Source of the DNA: an uncultured Ruminococcus sp.
Lineage (GTDB): Bacteria > Bacillota > Clostridia > Oscillospirales > CAG-272
Length of the DNA stretch: 64,000 nt
Direction: 5' to 3'
Assembly: GCA_902795355.1 (NCBI GenBank)
Contig: CADBKZ010000003.1
Location: 37,516-101,515, forward strand
Shown here: positions 1 through 9,220 of the stretch, piece by piece
How positions within the stretch are numbered: the stretch's first letter is position 1
Layout: every line of letters starts with the position of its first letter
The notes under the pieces: generated by a model
Seen by the model: the letters and a program-made list of their open reading frames with translations, nothing else
What the model was told of the DNA's origin: nothing
The model's database searches: none
Position numbers and translations under genes: made by a program

Positions 1-8
1 CCCTGCGC

Positions 9-38
9 CGCCGAGAAATTTTTTCTCGGCGATTTTTT
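9..38 (+). terminator. Intrinsic terminator of a gene upstream of the window
   Basis: Perfect stem CGCCGAGAAA/TTTCTCGGCG (9-18/22-31) followed by a T tract. Confidence 0.7.
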
Positions 39-57
39 AATTCCATAGAATTTCATA

Positions 58-86
58 TTGACAAACCGAAAGAGATATGGTAAAAT
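58..86 (+). promoter_or_regulatory. Sigma-A promoter
   Basis: TTGACA (58-63), 17 bp spacer, TGnTAAAAT (-10 at 81-86). Confidence 0.8.
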
Positions 87-91
87 ATACT

Positions 92-250
92 TGCCACACA
101 ATCGAATAGCCCTTGCAAAGTATGTTTATTTTACTACGGTAAAAATGCATACTCTTCTTTCGCGTACTTTGCAACGGTGAAAGATTGTGTGGCAGCAATT
201 GGAGTCATGCGTTTTTCGTGTGTGGCTCCGTGCCACACACTTTTTATTTT
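92..250 (+). ncRNA. Structured 5' leader / putative transcription attenuator
   Basis: Nested perfect stems 92-103/183-194 and 113-122/165-174, a cUACGg tetraloop (134-139), terminator 218-226/232-240 plus U tract, and competing antiterminator pairings. Confidence 0.65.
145..180 (+). CDS. Possible leader peptide MHTLLSRTLQR
   Basis: 11-codon ORF inside the structured leader, stopping just before the switch strand 183-194; weak RBS. Confidence 0.3.
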   Translation: MHTLLSRTLQR

Positions 251-265
251 GCGGAGGAATTTACA

Positions 266-538
266 ATGGATCTTTTTGAAGAATTGAAGCGCGCGGTTGG
301 GTGTGATTACATCAGCGATCTGGCATGCGGCGCGCCTTATAACGAAACGGCAAAAAAGACGCTTGTTGCCGCGATGGCGCTGTCGGATTCCCTGTTTGAT
401 CAATATCCGACGGCGGAATGGATCGGCCTGTATTGGTATCTGACAGGAAATGAACCCGTTTCCCGCGACCGACAGGACGTTAAAAACGCATTGCGGCGGT
501 TGACCGGAGAAAAAATCAATCAACAAGACAACAGATAA
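266..538 (+). CDS. Hypothetical protein, 90 aa (MDLFEELK...CDYISDL...)
   Basis: ATG preceded by GGAGG RBS, directly after the leader terminator. Confidence 0.7.
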   Translation: MDLFEELKRAVGCDYISDLACGAPYNETAKKTLVAAMALSDSLFDQYPTAEWIGLYWYLTGNEPVSRDRQDVKNALRRLTGEKINQQDNR

Positions 539-622
539 ATTTGAGAAATATTCTCAAATTCTATTGACAAACCGCTCGAAATGTGGTACAATAGGGATTG
601 CAAAATTGAGAAGCATTCTCAA
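538..622 (+). promoter_or_regulatory. Sigma-A promoter flanked by two Fur-family operator palindromes
   Basis: TTGACA 564-569 / 17 bp / TACAAT 587-592; TTGAGAA-N3-TTCTCAA at 541-557 and 606-622. Confidence 0.8.
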
Positions 623-651
623 ATGATACCGATTCAGGAGCGTAACAACGG

Positions 652-1062
652 ATGAAACCATACAAAACCGCGGGGCGGGAACGGCTGCTGGAGTTCCTCT
701 CGCGAAACCCCGACCGGCATTTTACCGCCGAGGAAATCTGCCGCGAGGTCCACGGCGGCGAGGCGGGACAAAGCAGCGTTTATCGCCATCTTTCCGAACT
801 TTGCGCGAAAGACGTCGTTCATAAATTCCGCGACGAGGAAACCGCCCGCACCTGTTACCAATATGTGGGGGAACATTGCGATTGCCGCAACCATTTCCAC
901 GCGAAGTGTCTCCGCTGCGGCCGGTTGGAACACATTGATTGCGGCGATTCGGTCGGGTTTGCCGACCATCTGCTTGCCGAACACGGTTTTTCCGTGGATT
1001 GCGGGCAATCCATTCTCTACGGCGTTTGCGCGCGCTGCCGCGCGGCGGGGGGACAGGCATGA
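652..1062 (+). CDS. Fur-family metalloregulator (Fur/Zur/Mur-like)
   Basis: HFTAEEI, SSVYRHL, HFHAKCLRCG and C-terminal CARC motifs. Confidence 0.92.
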   Translation: MKPYKTAGRERLLEFLSRNPDRHFTAEEICREVHGGEAGQSSVYRHLSELCAKDVVHKFRDEETARTCYQYVGEHCDCRNHFHAKCLRCGRLEHIDCGDSVGFADHLLAEHGFSVDCGQSILYGVCARCRAAGGQA

Positions 1063-1919
1063 CCGACGTGATCCTTGATACCCTGTTGGACACGGCCAAA
1101 CTCCTGCCGTTTCTCTTCCTCGCCTATTTGCTGATGGAGTTTCTGGAACACCGCGCGGGCGGCAAAACCGAACGGTTGCTGACGCGCTCGGGAAAGGTCG
1201 GTCCCCTGCTCGGCGGCCTGTTCGGCGTGGTTCCGCAATGCGGTTTTTCGGCGGCGGCGTCCGAGCTTTACGCGAGCCGCCTGATTACCGCGGGCGCTCT
1301 GCTTGCCGTCTATCTTTCCACCTCGGATGAAATGCTCCCCATCATGATCTCGCACGGGATCTTTCCCTATAAACTCCTGCTTGCCAAGCTGGCCGTTGGC
1401 GTTCTGGCGGGGTTTGCGGTGGATCTGATTGCAAAATTGTTCTCCAAAAAACGCCCCGCCGCCGAAACGGCGAACGTTGGCGACATTTGCGAGCGCGAAC
1501 ACTGCCAATGCGGCGACCACATTGCCCTCTCCGCGCTCAAACACACCCTTCGCATCGCGTTTTTCCTTCTGCTGATCACCTTTTTGCTCAACACGGGCAT
1601 TTACCTGCTCGGCGAGGATCGGCTTGCGGCCGCGGTGGGCGACCGTCCCGTTCTTGCAAACCTGTTGGCGGCGGTCGTGGGGCTGATTCCGAACTGCGCT
1701 TCGAGCGTGGTTCTGACCGAATTGTATCTTTCCGGCATCGTCAGCGTTGGCGCGTTGCTCTCCGGCCTGCTCGTCAACGCGGGCGTGGGGCTTCTGGTGC
1801 TTTTCCGCAACAACCGCCCCGTCCGCGATTCGTTCCGCGTTCTGGCAATCCTGTTTGCGGTCGGCTTCCTCGCCGGATTGCTGATCGACCTGACACCGCT
1901 CGCGGCATTGCTTTCCTGA
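1059..1919 (+). CDS. Putative metal (Mn/Zn) permease, ArsP_2-like
   Basis: Multi-TM protein with PQCGFS, STSDE and IPNCASS motifs and a His/Cys loop; ATGA-coupled to the fur gene. Confidence 0.8.
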   Translation: MTDVILDTLLDTAKLLPFLFLAYLLMEFLEHRAGGKTERLLTRSGKVGPLLGGLFGVVPQCGFSAAASELYASRLITAGALLAVYLSTSDEMLPIMISHGIFPYKLLLAKLAVGVLAGFAVDLIAKLFSKKRPAAETANVGDICEREHCQCGDHIALSALKHTLRIAFFLLLITFLLNTGIYLLGEDRLAAAVGDRPVLANLLAAVVGLIPNCASSVVLTELYLSGIVSVGALLSGLLVNAGVGLLVLFRNNRPVRDSFRVLAILFAVGFLAGLLIDLTPLAALLS

Positions 1920-1924
1920 AACCC

Positions 1925-1960
1925 AAAAAGGCCGCCATCCCGAAAGATGGCGGCCTTTTT
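1925..1960. terminator. Bidirectional intrinsic terminator
   Basis: AAAAAGGCCGCCATC...GATGGCGGCCTTTTT between convergent genes. Confidence 0.9.
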
Positions 1961-1973
1961 GACGTTTTCGCCC

Positions 1974-4502
1974 TTATTTCAGGGTGTAGCCCGCGTCGGC
2001 AACGGCTTTTTCAAAGACCTCGCGGGCGGTGTGCGCGCTCAACGTTACGATCGCGGTCCCTTTTTCGTGGCTGACTTCGGCGTTCTCCACGGTCGGGATT
2101 GCTTCCAAGGCCTTTTTGACGTGCGCTTCGCAGTGCGTGCACATCATTCCTTCAATGTTCAGCGTTTCTTTCATGGTTTTCTCTCCCTGTTTGATGGAAT
2201 CGGAATGGATTTCCGTTTTTTCGGGTTCGGTTGCCGCGCGTTTTGCGGGCTTTCGGATTTTTGCAAGGTTGAGCCGCAGCGCGTTTGTTACCACGCAGAA
2301 GCTCGAAAGGCTCATGGCCGCCGCGCCGAACATGGGATTGAGCAGCCAACCTTTGAGCGGATACCAGACGCCGGCCGCCAGCGGAATGCCGATTACGTTA
2401 TAGAAAAACGCCCAAAACAGGTTTTCATGGATATTCCGCAGAGTGTATTTCCCAATGCGGATCGCCGCGGGAACATCGGAAAGGCGGCTTTTGACCAGCA
2501 CCACATCCGCCGCGTCAACGGCAACGTCGGTTCCCGCGCCGATGGCAATGCCAACGTCCGCGCGGGTGAGCGCGGGGGCGTCGTTGATTCCGTCGCCGAC
2601 CATGGCGACCTTTTCCCCGCTCTCCTGCAACCGCCGGATGGCGGCTTCTTTTCCCTCGGGCAGAACGCCGGCAATCACCTCGTCCACGCCCGCGAGCCGC
2701 CCGATGGCGTTGGCGGTTCGCTCGTTGTCGCCCGTCAGCAAAACCACGCGCAGGCCCATTCCGCGCAGCTCCGCAATCGCCTCGGCGCTATCCTCTTTAA
2801 GAACGTCGGCCACGGCGATAACCCCGACCGGAACACGGTCTTCGATGAAAAAGAGCGCGGTTTTTCCCTCGTTTGCCCATGCGTCGGCCTGCTCCAACAG
2901 CTCGGGGGAAACCTCGGCTTGCTCCAACGCGGTCTTGCGGTTCACGCCCCAAAGCGTTTTTCCCGCGAGTTTTCCGGTTACGCCGCTCCCCGCAAGCGCG
3001 CGGAAGTCGGTAATTTCCAATTTGGCAACGTCGCGCGCGTCGGCTTCCCGCAGAACGGCTTCCGCCAGCGGATGCTCGCTTCCCCGCTCCAACGCGGCGG
3101 CAAGCATGAGCAAATCGGTTTCGGTATACCCCTTGGCGGGAAGAAGATTCGTTACCGTGGGATGGCCTGTGGTAACGGTTCCGGTTTTATCGAGGACAAC
3201 GGTCCCGATTCTGCCCGTTTGTTCCAGCGACGCGGCGGTTTTGAACAGAATGCCGTTCCGCGCGCCGACGCCGCTGCCCACCATGATTGCCACGGGCGTT
3301 GCAAGCCCGAGCGCGCAGGGACAGCTGATTACCAGCACCGAAATGGCGCGCGCCAGCGCGAAGCCGACGGCTTTTCCCGCGATCAGCCAGACGACGAGCG
3401 TAACCGCCGCCACGCCGAGCACCGCGGGCACGAATATGCCCGAAACGCGATCCGCCACCTTGGCAATGGGGGCTTTGGTGGCCGACGCGTCGCTGACCAT
3501 TCGGATGATCTGCGAGAGCGTGGTGTCCTCGCCAACGCGGGTCGCCTCGCATTTGAGATAGCCCGAGCGGTTGGACGTTGCCGCCGAAACGCGGTCGCCC
3601 GCCGCTTTATCCACAGGCAGGCTCTCCCCCGTCAGCGCGGCTTCGTTCACGGCTCCGCTCCCCTCGAGAACCACGCCGTCCACGGGTATATTCTCGCCCG
3701 GGCGAACCACAAAAACGTCGCCCACGCGAACTTCCGCAACGGGAACAACGGTCTCTTTGCCCTCGCGCAGGATCGTGGCCGTTTGCGGCGCGAGCTTCAT
3801 CAACGAGCGCAGAGCGTCGGTCGTTCGGCCTTTGGCCTTGGCTTCCAGAAGTTTTCCGAGCGTGATCAACGTTAAGATCATGCCCGCGGACTCGAAATAA
3901 AATTCGTCCATATAGCGCATTACGCCGTCCATATCGCCGACCGACATTGCATGGGACATGGCAAACAGCGCGTAAACGCTGTACCCGAACGCCGCCGCGG
4001 CCCCGAGAGAAACCAGCGTATCCATATTCGGCGCGCGGTGGATCAACCCGCGGAAACCGCTGATGAAGAATTTTTGGTTGATCACCATAATGATCGCCGC
4101 AAGCAGAAGCTGGATCAATCCCATGGTGACATGATCGCCCTCGATGGCGGGCGGGAGCTTCCAGCCCCACATCATATGCCCCATGGAAAGATACAATAAA
4201 AGCAGCAGAAACGCCAACGAGGCGATCAGGCGTTTGAGCAGGATCGGGCTTTCGCGGTCTTTGAGTTCGTCGGCCGGAACGTCGTTTTTTGCCGCGGATC
4301 CGGAGCGTTTGAGCGACGCGCCGTACCCCGCCGCCACAACCGCGCCGATAACGGCCTCGGGGCTTGCGCTCCCCTGCACGCCCATGGAGTTTGTGAGCAG
4401 GCTGACCGAGCAGGATTCCACCCCCTCGACCGCTCCCACGGCTTTCTCCACGCGCGCCGCGCAGGCGGCGCAGGACATTCCCGTTATCCGGTATTGTTCC
4501 AT
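1974..4502 (-). CDS. copA: Copper-translocating P1B-type ATPase
   Basis: N-terminal GMSCAAC, YFES, TGES, CPC, DKTGT, GDGINDAP, YN and MxxSS motifs; C-terminal HMA domain (GMMCTHC). Confidence 0.95.
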   Translation of the reverse strand: MEQYRITGMSCAACAARVEKAVGAVEGVESCSVSLLTNSMGVQGSASPEAVIGAVVAAGYGASLKRSGSAAKNDVPADELKDRESPILLKRLIASLAFLLLLLYLSMGHMMWGWKLPPAIEGDHVTMGLIQLLLAAIIMVINQKFFISGFRGLIHRAPNMDTLVSLGAAAAFGYSVYALFAMSHAMSVGDMDGVMRYMDEFYFESAGMILTLITLGKLLEAKAKGRTTDALRSLMKLAPQTATILREGKETVVPVAEVRVGDVFVVRPGENIPVDGVVLEGSGAVNEAALTGESLPVDKAAGDRVSAATSNRSGYLKCEATRVGEDTTLSQIIRMVSDASATKAPIAKVADRVSGIFVPAVLGVAAVTLVVWLIAGKAVGFALARAISVLVISCPCALGLATPVAIMVGSGVGARNGILFKTAASLEQTGRIGTVVLDKTGTVTTGHPTVTNLLPAKGYTETDLLMLAAALERGSEHPLAEAVLREADARDVAKLEITDFRALAGSGVTGKLAGKTLWGVNRKTALEQAEVSPELLEQADAWANEGKTALFFIEDRVPVGVIAVADVLKEDSAEAIAELRGMGLRVVLLTGDNERTANAIGRLAGVDEVIAGVLPEGKEAAIRRLQESGEKVAMVGDGINDAPALTRADVGIAIGAGTDVAVDAADVVLVKSRLSDVPAAIRIGKYTLRNIHENLFWAFFYNVIGIPLAAGVWYPLKGWLLNPMFGAAAMSLSSFCVVTNALRLNLAKIRKPAKRAATEPEKTEIHSDSIKQGEKTMKETLNIEGMMCTHCEAHVKKALEAIPTVENAEVSHEKGTAIVTLSAHTAREVFEKAVADAGYTLK

Positions 4503-4560
4503 AAACGTAAATCACCCTCTCTTTCCGGAAGTTAGCTTTTGCTAATTTGTTAGGAAAGCA

Positions 4561-4593
4561 ACAGCCATGAATCGCTCGCGGTTCATGGCTGTA
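4561..4593 (-). terminator. Hairpin/terminator after the tyrosine kinase gene
   Basis: ACAGCCATGAA...TTCATGGCTGT stem. Confidence 0.55.
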
Positions 4594-4602
4594 TCTTTGG
4601 AA

Positions 4603-6168
4603 TCAACCGTCGGTCCGGTCGGATTCCGCTGGTTCCGCAGCGGTCTTTTCCGCCTCGGCATAGAAATTGGAATAGGCCTGATATTTGCCGTATCTCGCGT
4701 ATTTATGATAGTAGCCGTACTTGGAATACTTGGAATACCCCTCGGTATGCTCCAAACGCACATCGGTGAGCACATAGCCGTAGATCTTGGCGTTCTTGCT
4801 CTCCACCACCTCGGCGGTATCGCGCAACAGGCGGCTATCCATATAGCCGGAGCGGATCACAATGATATAACCGGAAATCAGGCCGGAAATGGCGAGCGCG
4901 TCCGAAACCTCGCCGATCGGCGGGAGATCGATCAACACATAGTCGTAATTCCGCTTCCATTCTTCCGTCAGCTCTTTCGTGCGCGGGCCGGAAAGCAGAT
5001 CGATGGGGTTGGGCGGGAGCGTTCCCGAGGTGATTACATCGAGGCTTCCGAACGAATGTTTGATGGCCGCGGCGTCCTCGACTTGGTTGGCGATGAGGTT
5101 GCTCAACCCTTTTTTGTTGGGCAGCGAGAAAATTTTATGGATCATCGGGCAACGCATGTCGCCGTCGATCAACAGCACCTTTTTATCGTAGAGCTTGGAA
5201 AGCGAAACCGCAAGATTGGACATTACAAAGCTCTTGCCGCTCCCCGCAACCGACGAAATAACCCCGATGGTGCACCCCGTTTCCCCTGCCGCGCAGAACG
5301 TGATGTTCGTGCGGAGTTCGTGGAACGCTTCGGTAATGCGGAACGGAACATGATCGCGCAAGAGGAGCTTCTGATCCACATTGAGGCGGAACACGTCGGC
5401 GTCGCGCCGCTTGTTCGGGCGGCGGAGCTTCTTTTCCCCTTCCAGCGGCCAATGGGCAATGGCCCCCACCACCGAATACTGCGGAGCCTTGGTTTTCAGG
5501 TCTTCCACCGAATAAATGGTGGTGTTTGTAATGGCGATCAGGAAGAACACCGCATAAACCGCCACCGCCGCGAGCAAAGCCGCGAGAACGGGATAGCGAT
5601 AGAGATTGGAGCGGTTGTCCGCAAGTTGGTCAAGAACGCTTGTGCGGATTACTTTGAGCGTTTTGGATTCGTGCGAAGCGTTCAGCGCGTCCACTTGGTT
5701 GTTGTAATAATCGCAGTACGCGGGCAGGTACTTCTCGAGCGATTGGGAAACGCGATAGTTGAGCGACGCGTTGGTTCCCGAAACGGTGACATAAAGGATT
5801 GCGCCGTCGCTCTTGGCGGAAATCAGTTTGCGGAGTTGATCGCGGGAATATGCGTTCAGCCCCGTATCTTCCCGAACTTCGTCAATCAGTTTGTCGGCCT
5901 TAACAAGGTTTACAAACGTTTTTGCCATGGCTTCCGCGCCCTGCGTTTGGCTGCTGGAATACAAACTTGTGGTTTCGGCAATGTTCGAGACATAAAACTC
6001 GGACGTGGAAGAATAAGCGGGCGTATAAACCAGCTTGTACAGGCCGAAAATAACGACCCCCACAACAACCGCCCCGAGGAGCATCCAATACCAACATCTT
6101 CGCAGAACGCTCCAAAGCGTACCGAGGGAAACCGTTGCGTAGCTGTTTTCGTTCTCGTTATGATCCAT
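4603..6168 (-). CDS. Wzc-like fused polysaccharide co-polymerase / BY-kinase (CpsC-CpsD)
   Basis: Two TM helices, EAFHELRTN, Walker A GSGKS, LIDGDMR, LIDLPP, C-terminal Tyr cluster YSKYSKYGYYHKY. Confidence 0.9.
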   Translation of the reverse strand: MDHNENENSYATVSLGTLWSVLRRCWYWMLLGAVVVGVVIFGLYKLVYTPAYSSTSEFYVSNIAETTSLYSSSQTQGAEAMAKTFVNLVKADKLIDEVREDTGLNAYSRDQLRKLISAKSDGAILYVTVSGTNASLNYRVSQSLEKYLPAYCDYYNNQVDALNASHESKTLKVIRTSVLDQLADNRSNLYRYPVLAALLAAVAVYAVFFLIAITNTTIYSVEDLKTKAPQYSVVGAIAHWPLEGEKKLRRPNKRRDADVFRLNVDQKLLLRDHVPFRITEAFHELRTNITFCAAGETGCTIGVISSVAGSGKSFVMSNLAVSLSKLYDKKVLLIDGDMRCPMIHKIFSLPNKKGLSNLIANQVEDAAAIKHSFGSLDVITSGTLPPNPIDLLSGPRTKELTEEWKRNYDYVLIDLPPIGEVSDALAISGLISGYIIVIRSGYMDSRLLRDTAEVVESKNAKIYGYVLTDVRLEHTEGYSKYSKYGYYHKYARYGKYQAYSNFYAEAEKTAAEPAESDRTDG

Positions 6169-6242
6169 GGAAAAATTCCTTTCTGCCGGCTGATCGGGAA
6201 GAATTGACACGTTTCGGAGCGATTGCCCCCACATTCCTTATT

Positions 6243-6271
6243 ATTCTACCATATTTGCCGTATTTTGTCAA
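6243..6271 (-). promoter_or_regulatory. Sigma-A promoter for the kinase gene
   Basis: TTGACA-17-TAGAAT on the minus strand. Confidence 0.65.
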
Positions 6272-6303
6272 TATATTTTATCCAAAAAGCGTTTTCCGCG
6301 CGA

Positions 6304-7053
6304 TTACGGCGCGCGGAACTCCACAATGGCCTTGAACATTTCGCGAAAATCCGCATAGGTGTTTTCGTTGTGCGTTTTCCCGTAAATATAGGGTTGCGTC
6401 AGCAAAATCAACGTATCCTCGGGCAGAACCCGCACCACCGAATAATAGCGGTAAAACGCGGTATCCCCCAACCGGACGGTAAATTCATCGGCGGCGGATT
6501 CCGGTTGGCTCCCGAACACATCGGCAAGCGGCGCGGCGAGCAGCGAGAGATTATAGGTTTCATAAACATACGGGCTGACGAACCAAACGGCGCACTCCCC
6601 TGTTTTTACGTAGGTGGAAAAAGAGGTCCCCTCGTCAACGCTCTGCTTTCTGGCGTTGCCATACGCGAACTGATCCACCACCCGCACCCCTTCGGAATTG
6701 ACCGAAGAATACAGTTGCAGAAGCTCTTCCTCGGTGAAAATGCCGTAGGTGACGAGCTGAACGGCTTTGGCACCGTTTCCGTCAAAATCCGCGGGCATAA
6801 CGGCTTCCAGCGCGGAGCAAAGCCCCTCCTGCTCGGTGTTGTTGAGGATCTTCGCTCCGGCGAACGTGATGTTGACATCGTACTTCTGCCGCGAGGAACA
6901 CTGCGCCAAGCAGACCGCCAACGCAAAAACGGCGAACGCCCCGATGATGATGGGCCATTTATAATGGTACCAAAGGTTATCGAGCCAGCGCAGAAAGCGG
7001 GATTGACCCGCAATTTCCGGCGCTTCCGGCTTTTGGTCGTTCCGGTTGTTCAT
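6304..7053 (-). CDS. Conserved hypothetical membrane-anchored protein (WLDNLWYHYKW type)
   Basis: 249-aa ORF with an N-terminal TM helix, 3 bp after the greA stop. Confidence 0.75.
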   Translation of the reverse strand: MNNRNDQKPEAPEIAGQSRFLRWLDNLWYHYKWPIIIGAFAVFALAVCLAQCSSRQKYDVNITFAGAKILNNTEQEGLCSALEAVMPADFDGNGAKAVQLVTYGIFTEEELLQLYSSVNSEGVRVVDQFAYGNARKQSVDEGTSFSTYVKTGECAVWFVSPYVYETYNLSLLAAPLADVFGSQPESAADEFTVRLGDTAFYRYYSVVRVLPEDTLILLTQPYIYGKTHNENTYADFREMFKAIVEFRAP

Positions 7054-7056
7054 GGC

Positions 7057-7545
7057 TCAACCTTGCGTTCTGGTAACTTCCAACACCTTGATCCGCAAAC
7101 TGCCGTTCGGCGTTTCGATCTCCTTTTCGTCTCCCTCGCGCATGTCAATCAAGCCCGCCCCAATCGGGGAAAGGTCCGAAATTTTCCCTTCGAGCGGGTT
7201 CGCCTCGTTGGAACCGACCAGCGAATAGGTCACTTCCTCGCCGAGGCTGTAATCGTAAATTTTCACCGTGGATCCCAAGCTGACAAGGCTGGTATCGATG
7301 GCGGATTCATCGATGATGGTGGCGTTTTCCACCAGCTCTTCCAATTCTTTAATGCGCGCCTCGTTCTTGGCTTGCTCGTTTCTCGCCTCGTCGTATTCGG
7401 AGTTCTCGGAAAGGTCGCCGAAAGACCGCGCAACGGCAATGTCGTTCTTGATCTGTTCCCGTTTTTCCCCTTTGAGGTAGTTCAGCTCGTTAATGAGTTC
7501 CTGATACCCTTGTTGGGTATAAAGCATCTTTTTTCCTTTGGCCAT
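7057..7545 (-). CDS. greA: Transcription elongation factor GreA
   Basis: ARSFGDLSENSEYDEA and ISDLSPIG motifs. Confidence 0.96.
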   Translation of the reverse strand: MAKGKKMLYTQQGYQELINELNYLKGEKREQIKNDIAVARSFGDLSENSEYDEARNEQAKNEARIKELEELVENATIIDESAIDTSLVSLGSTVKIYDYSLGEEVTYSLVGSNEANPLEGKISDLSPIGAGLIDMREGDEKEIETPNGSLRIKVLEVTRTQG

Positions 7546-7594
7546 GGTCGGTTTTCTCCTTGTTTTCGGTAAAATTTTCAATGAAAATTCAATT

Positions 7595-9124
7595 TTATTC
7601 TCCAATCGCCGTCAGTTTGGAAACGGCGGTTTGCAGCTGAATGTCGTCTTCCCACGGCAGCGCGGACGCCGCAACCGATTCGGTTCCGGCCAAACGGTCC
7701 ACTTCCGCGTCGGGCAGAATGCCAACGCCGTGGTAGGATTCCCCGTCGGGGTACCCGCTTTTCGTGACGTACTCGTAGGTGGTCAATTTGATATAACCTT
7801 TGATTCCGCGCAGCGGAATCTCGAAAATGGATTGCATAATGCCCTTTCCGAAGGTCTTTTTTCCAACGGTTGCCTTGGAAAGGCCGTAATCGCGCAGCGT
7901 CGCGGTAAAAATTTCGGCCGCGCTCGCGGTTTTTTCATTGCAGAGCACCACAAAATCGAGGTCTTTGTATTGCCCGATCTGTGCGGCGGTAACGCTGCAA
8001 TCCGCGCCGTCCCCTTCGTAGGAGACGACCGCGCACCGCGTTTCGGTCTGCTCGCTCATTTTGCCGTCCTTATCGCGCGCGGCAAGAATCAGGTCGCCCT
8101 CTTCCAGAAAGTTTGAAAGAACGGCGCGGATCGAGCGCAGGTCACCCCCTGGGTTATCCCGCACGTCGAACACGAATCGGGTGGCTCCCGCCGAGAGGCA
8201 CGCTTCCACCTCGCCGCGGAACTGCGCCGGCGTGTTCAGCCGGAACTCCGAAATGCGGACGACCGCAACCGTTGGGTCCGCGGCGAGGATCTCGCTCGTG
8301 ACCGACTTGTTGTCCAGCCGTTTCCGCAAGCAGGAAACCGTATGCGTTTCGCCGTCCCGCAGGATCTGCAGCCAAACGGAAGTTTCCTCTTCGCCGCGAA
8401 TTCCGGCAACGGCTCCGGCATACTCCAACTGCGTTACCGTTTGCCACGCCCCGTTCACCTGAACGGAAACAATGTCGTCCCCCGCGCGGATGTCGGCTTC
8501 GGCGGCCGGAGATCCTGCCTCGACGGACTCGACGCGCAGAAAGATTTCTTCCCGCCCGTCCACCGTGCGCGTTTCCTGCCTGACCGTTACCCCGATGCCG
8601 ACATACTGCCCGCTCGACTCTATGTTCATGGCCAAGTACTCTTCCTCGGTATAATACGCGGCATAGCGGTCGCCGCTCGCCGCCACATAGGCTTTGAACG
8701 CGGCTTGCAGCATGGCTTCGGCGTCAAGCGAATCGGCATAGAACGAGTTTTCCGACAGTACGTTTTCGAGAATGCGGAAATTGACGGAATCCCGCGCGGC
8801 GGTACTCTGCCCCGAGGAGTCGCCCATCAGCTCTTCCAACGCTTGGAGATAGAATTTCCGGTCGGTCGTGCTGGTGAGATGAAAGGTGAGCAGAACCGCA
8901 ACGGAGAGAAGAAGCGCCGTAATCGAAACCCACAGGGCATAGAAGATCGGCGGCGCGTCCATGCGTACCACAACGCGCTCCCCGCTCTCCGGCTTTTGCT
9001 TTTTGGCGGTTTCCGGCGGGTTTTCCGCGCCGCCGATTTCGGGCGGCGCAGCGGTTTCCGGCGTCGGCTCCGCTCCGGTTTCCTCGGGCAGAATCGGTTC
9101 CATTCGGTTTTCATTCGGTTCCAT
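7595..9124 (-). CDS. ctpA: S41 carboxy-terminal processing protease with PDZ domain
   Basis: YVGIGV PDZ loop, DVRDNPGG, TASAAE, TFGKGIMQ. Confidence 0.9.
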   Translation of the reverse strand: MEPNENRMEPILPEETGAEPTPETAAPPEIGGAENPPETAKKQKPESGERVVVRMDAPPIFYALWVSITALLLSVAVLLTFHLTSTTDRKFYLQALEELMGDSSGQSTAARDSVNFRILENVLSENSFYADSLDAEAMLQAAFKAYVAASGDRYAAYYTEEEYLAMNIESSGQYVGIGVTVRQETRTVDGREEIFLRVESVEAGSPAAEADIRAGDDIVSVQVNGAWQTVTQLEYAGAVAGIRGEEETSVWLQILRDGETHTVSCLRKRLDNKSVTSEILAADPTVAVVRISEFRLNTPAQFRGEVEACLSAGATRFVFDVRDNPGGDLRSIRAVLSNFLEEGDLILAARDKDGKMSEQTETRCAVVSYEGDGADCSVTAAQIGQYKDLDFVVLCNEKTASAAEIFTATLRDYGLSKATVGKKTFGKGIMQSIFEIPLRGIKGYIKLTTYEYVTKSGYPDGESYHGVGILPDAEVDRLAGTESVAASALPWEDDIQLQTAVSKLTAIGE

Positions 9125-9153
9125 GGCGTTCCCCCCTCGGCGGTAATACAGTA

Positions 9154-9200
9154 CACAAGCGAAATGTGCGTCGCATAAAGTCGGGCGTACATTTCGCTTG
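9154..9200. terminator. Long hairpin between the regulator gene and ctpA
   Basis: ACAAGCGAAATGT...ACATTTCGCTTGT inverted repeat; weak U tract. Confidence 0.45.
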
Positions 9201-9220
9201 TCGGATACGGAAAATCGGAA

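Noticed and set aside
134-526. 130-aa minus-strand ORF over the leader and small gene
   Set aside because: Promoter, RBS and terminator all support the plus strand; no independent signals for this frame.
1947-3875. 642-aa plus-strand ORF
   Set aside because: Antisense shadow of copA caused by GC-rich codon bias; no motifs or RBS.
4700-4740. TACTTGGAA tandem repeat
   Set aside because: Encodes the YSK repeats of the kinase Tyr cluster.
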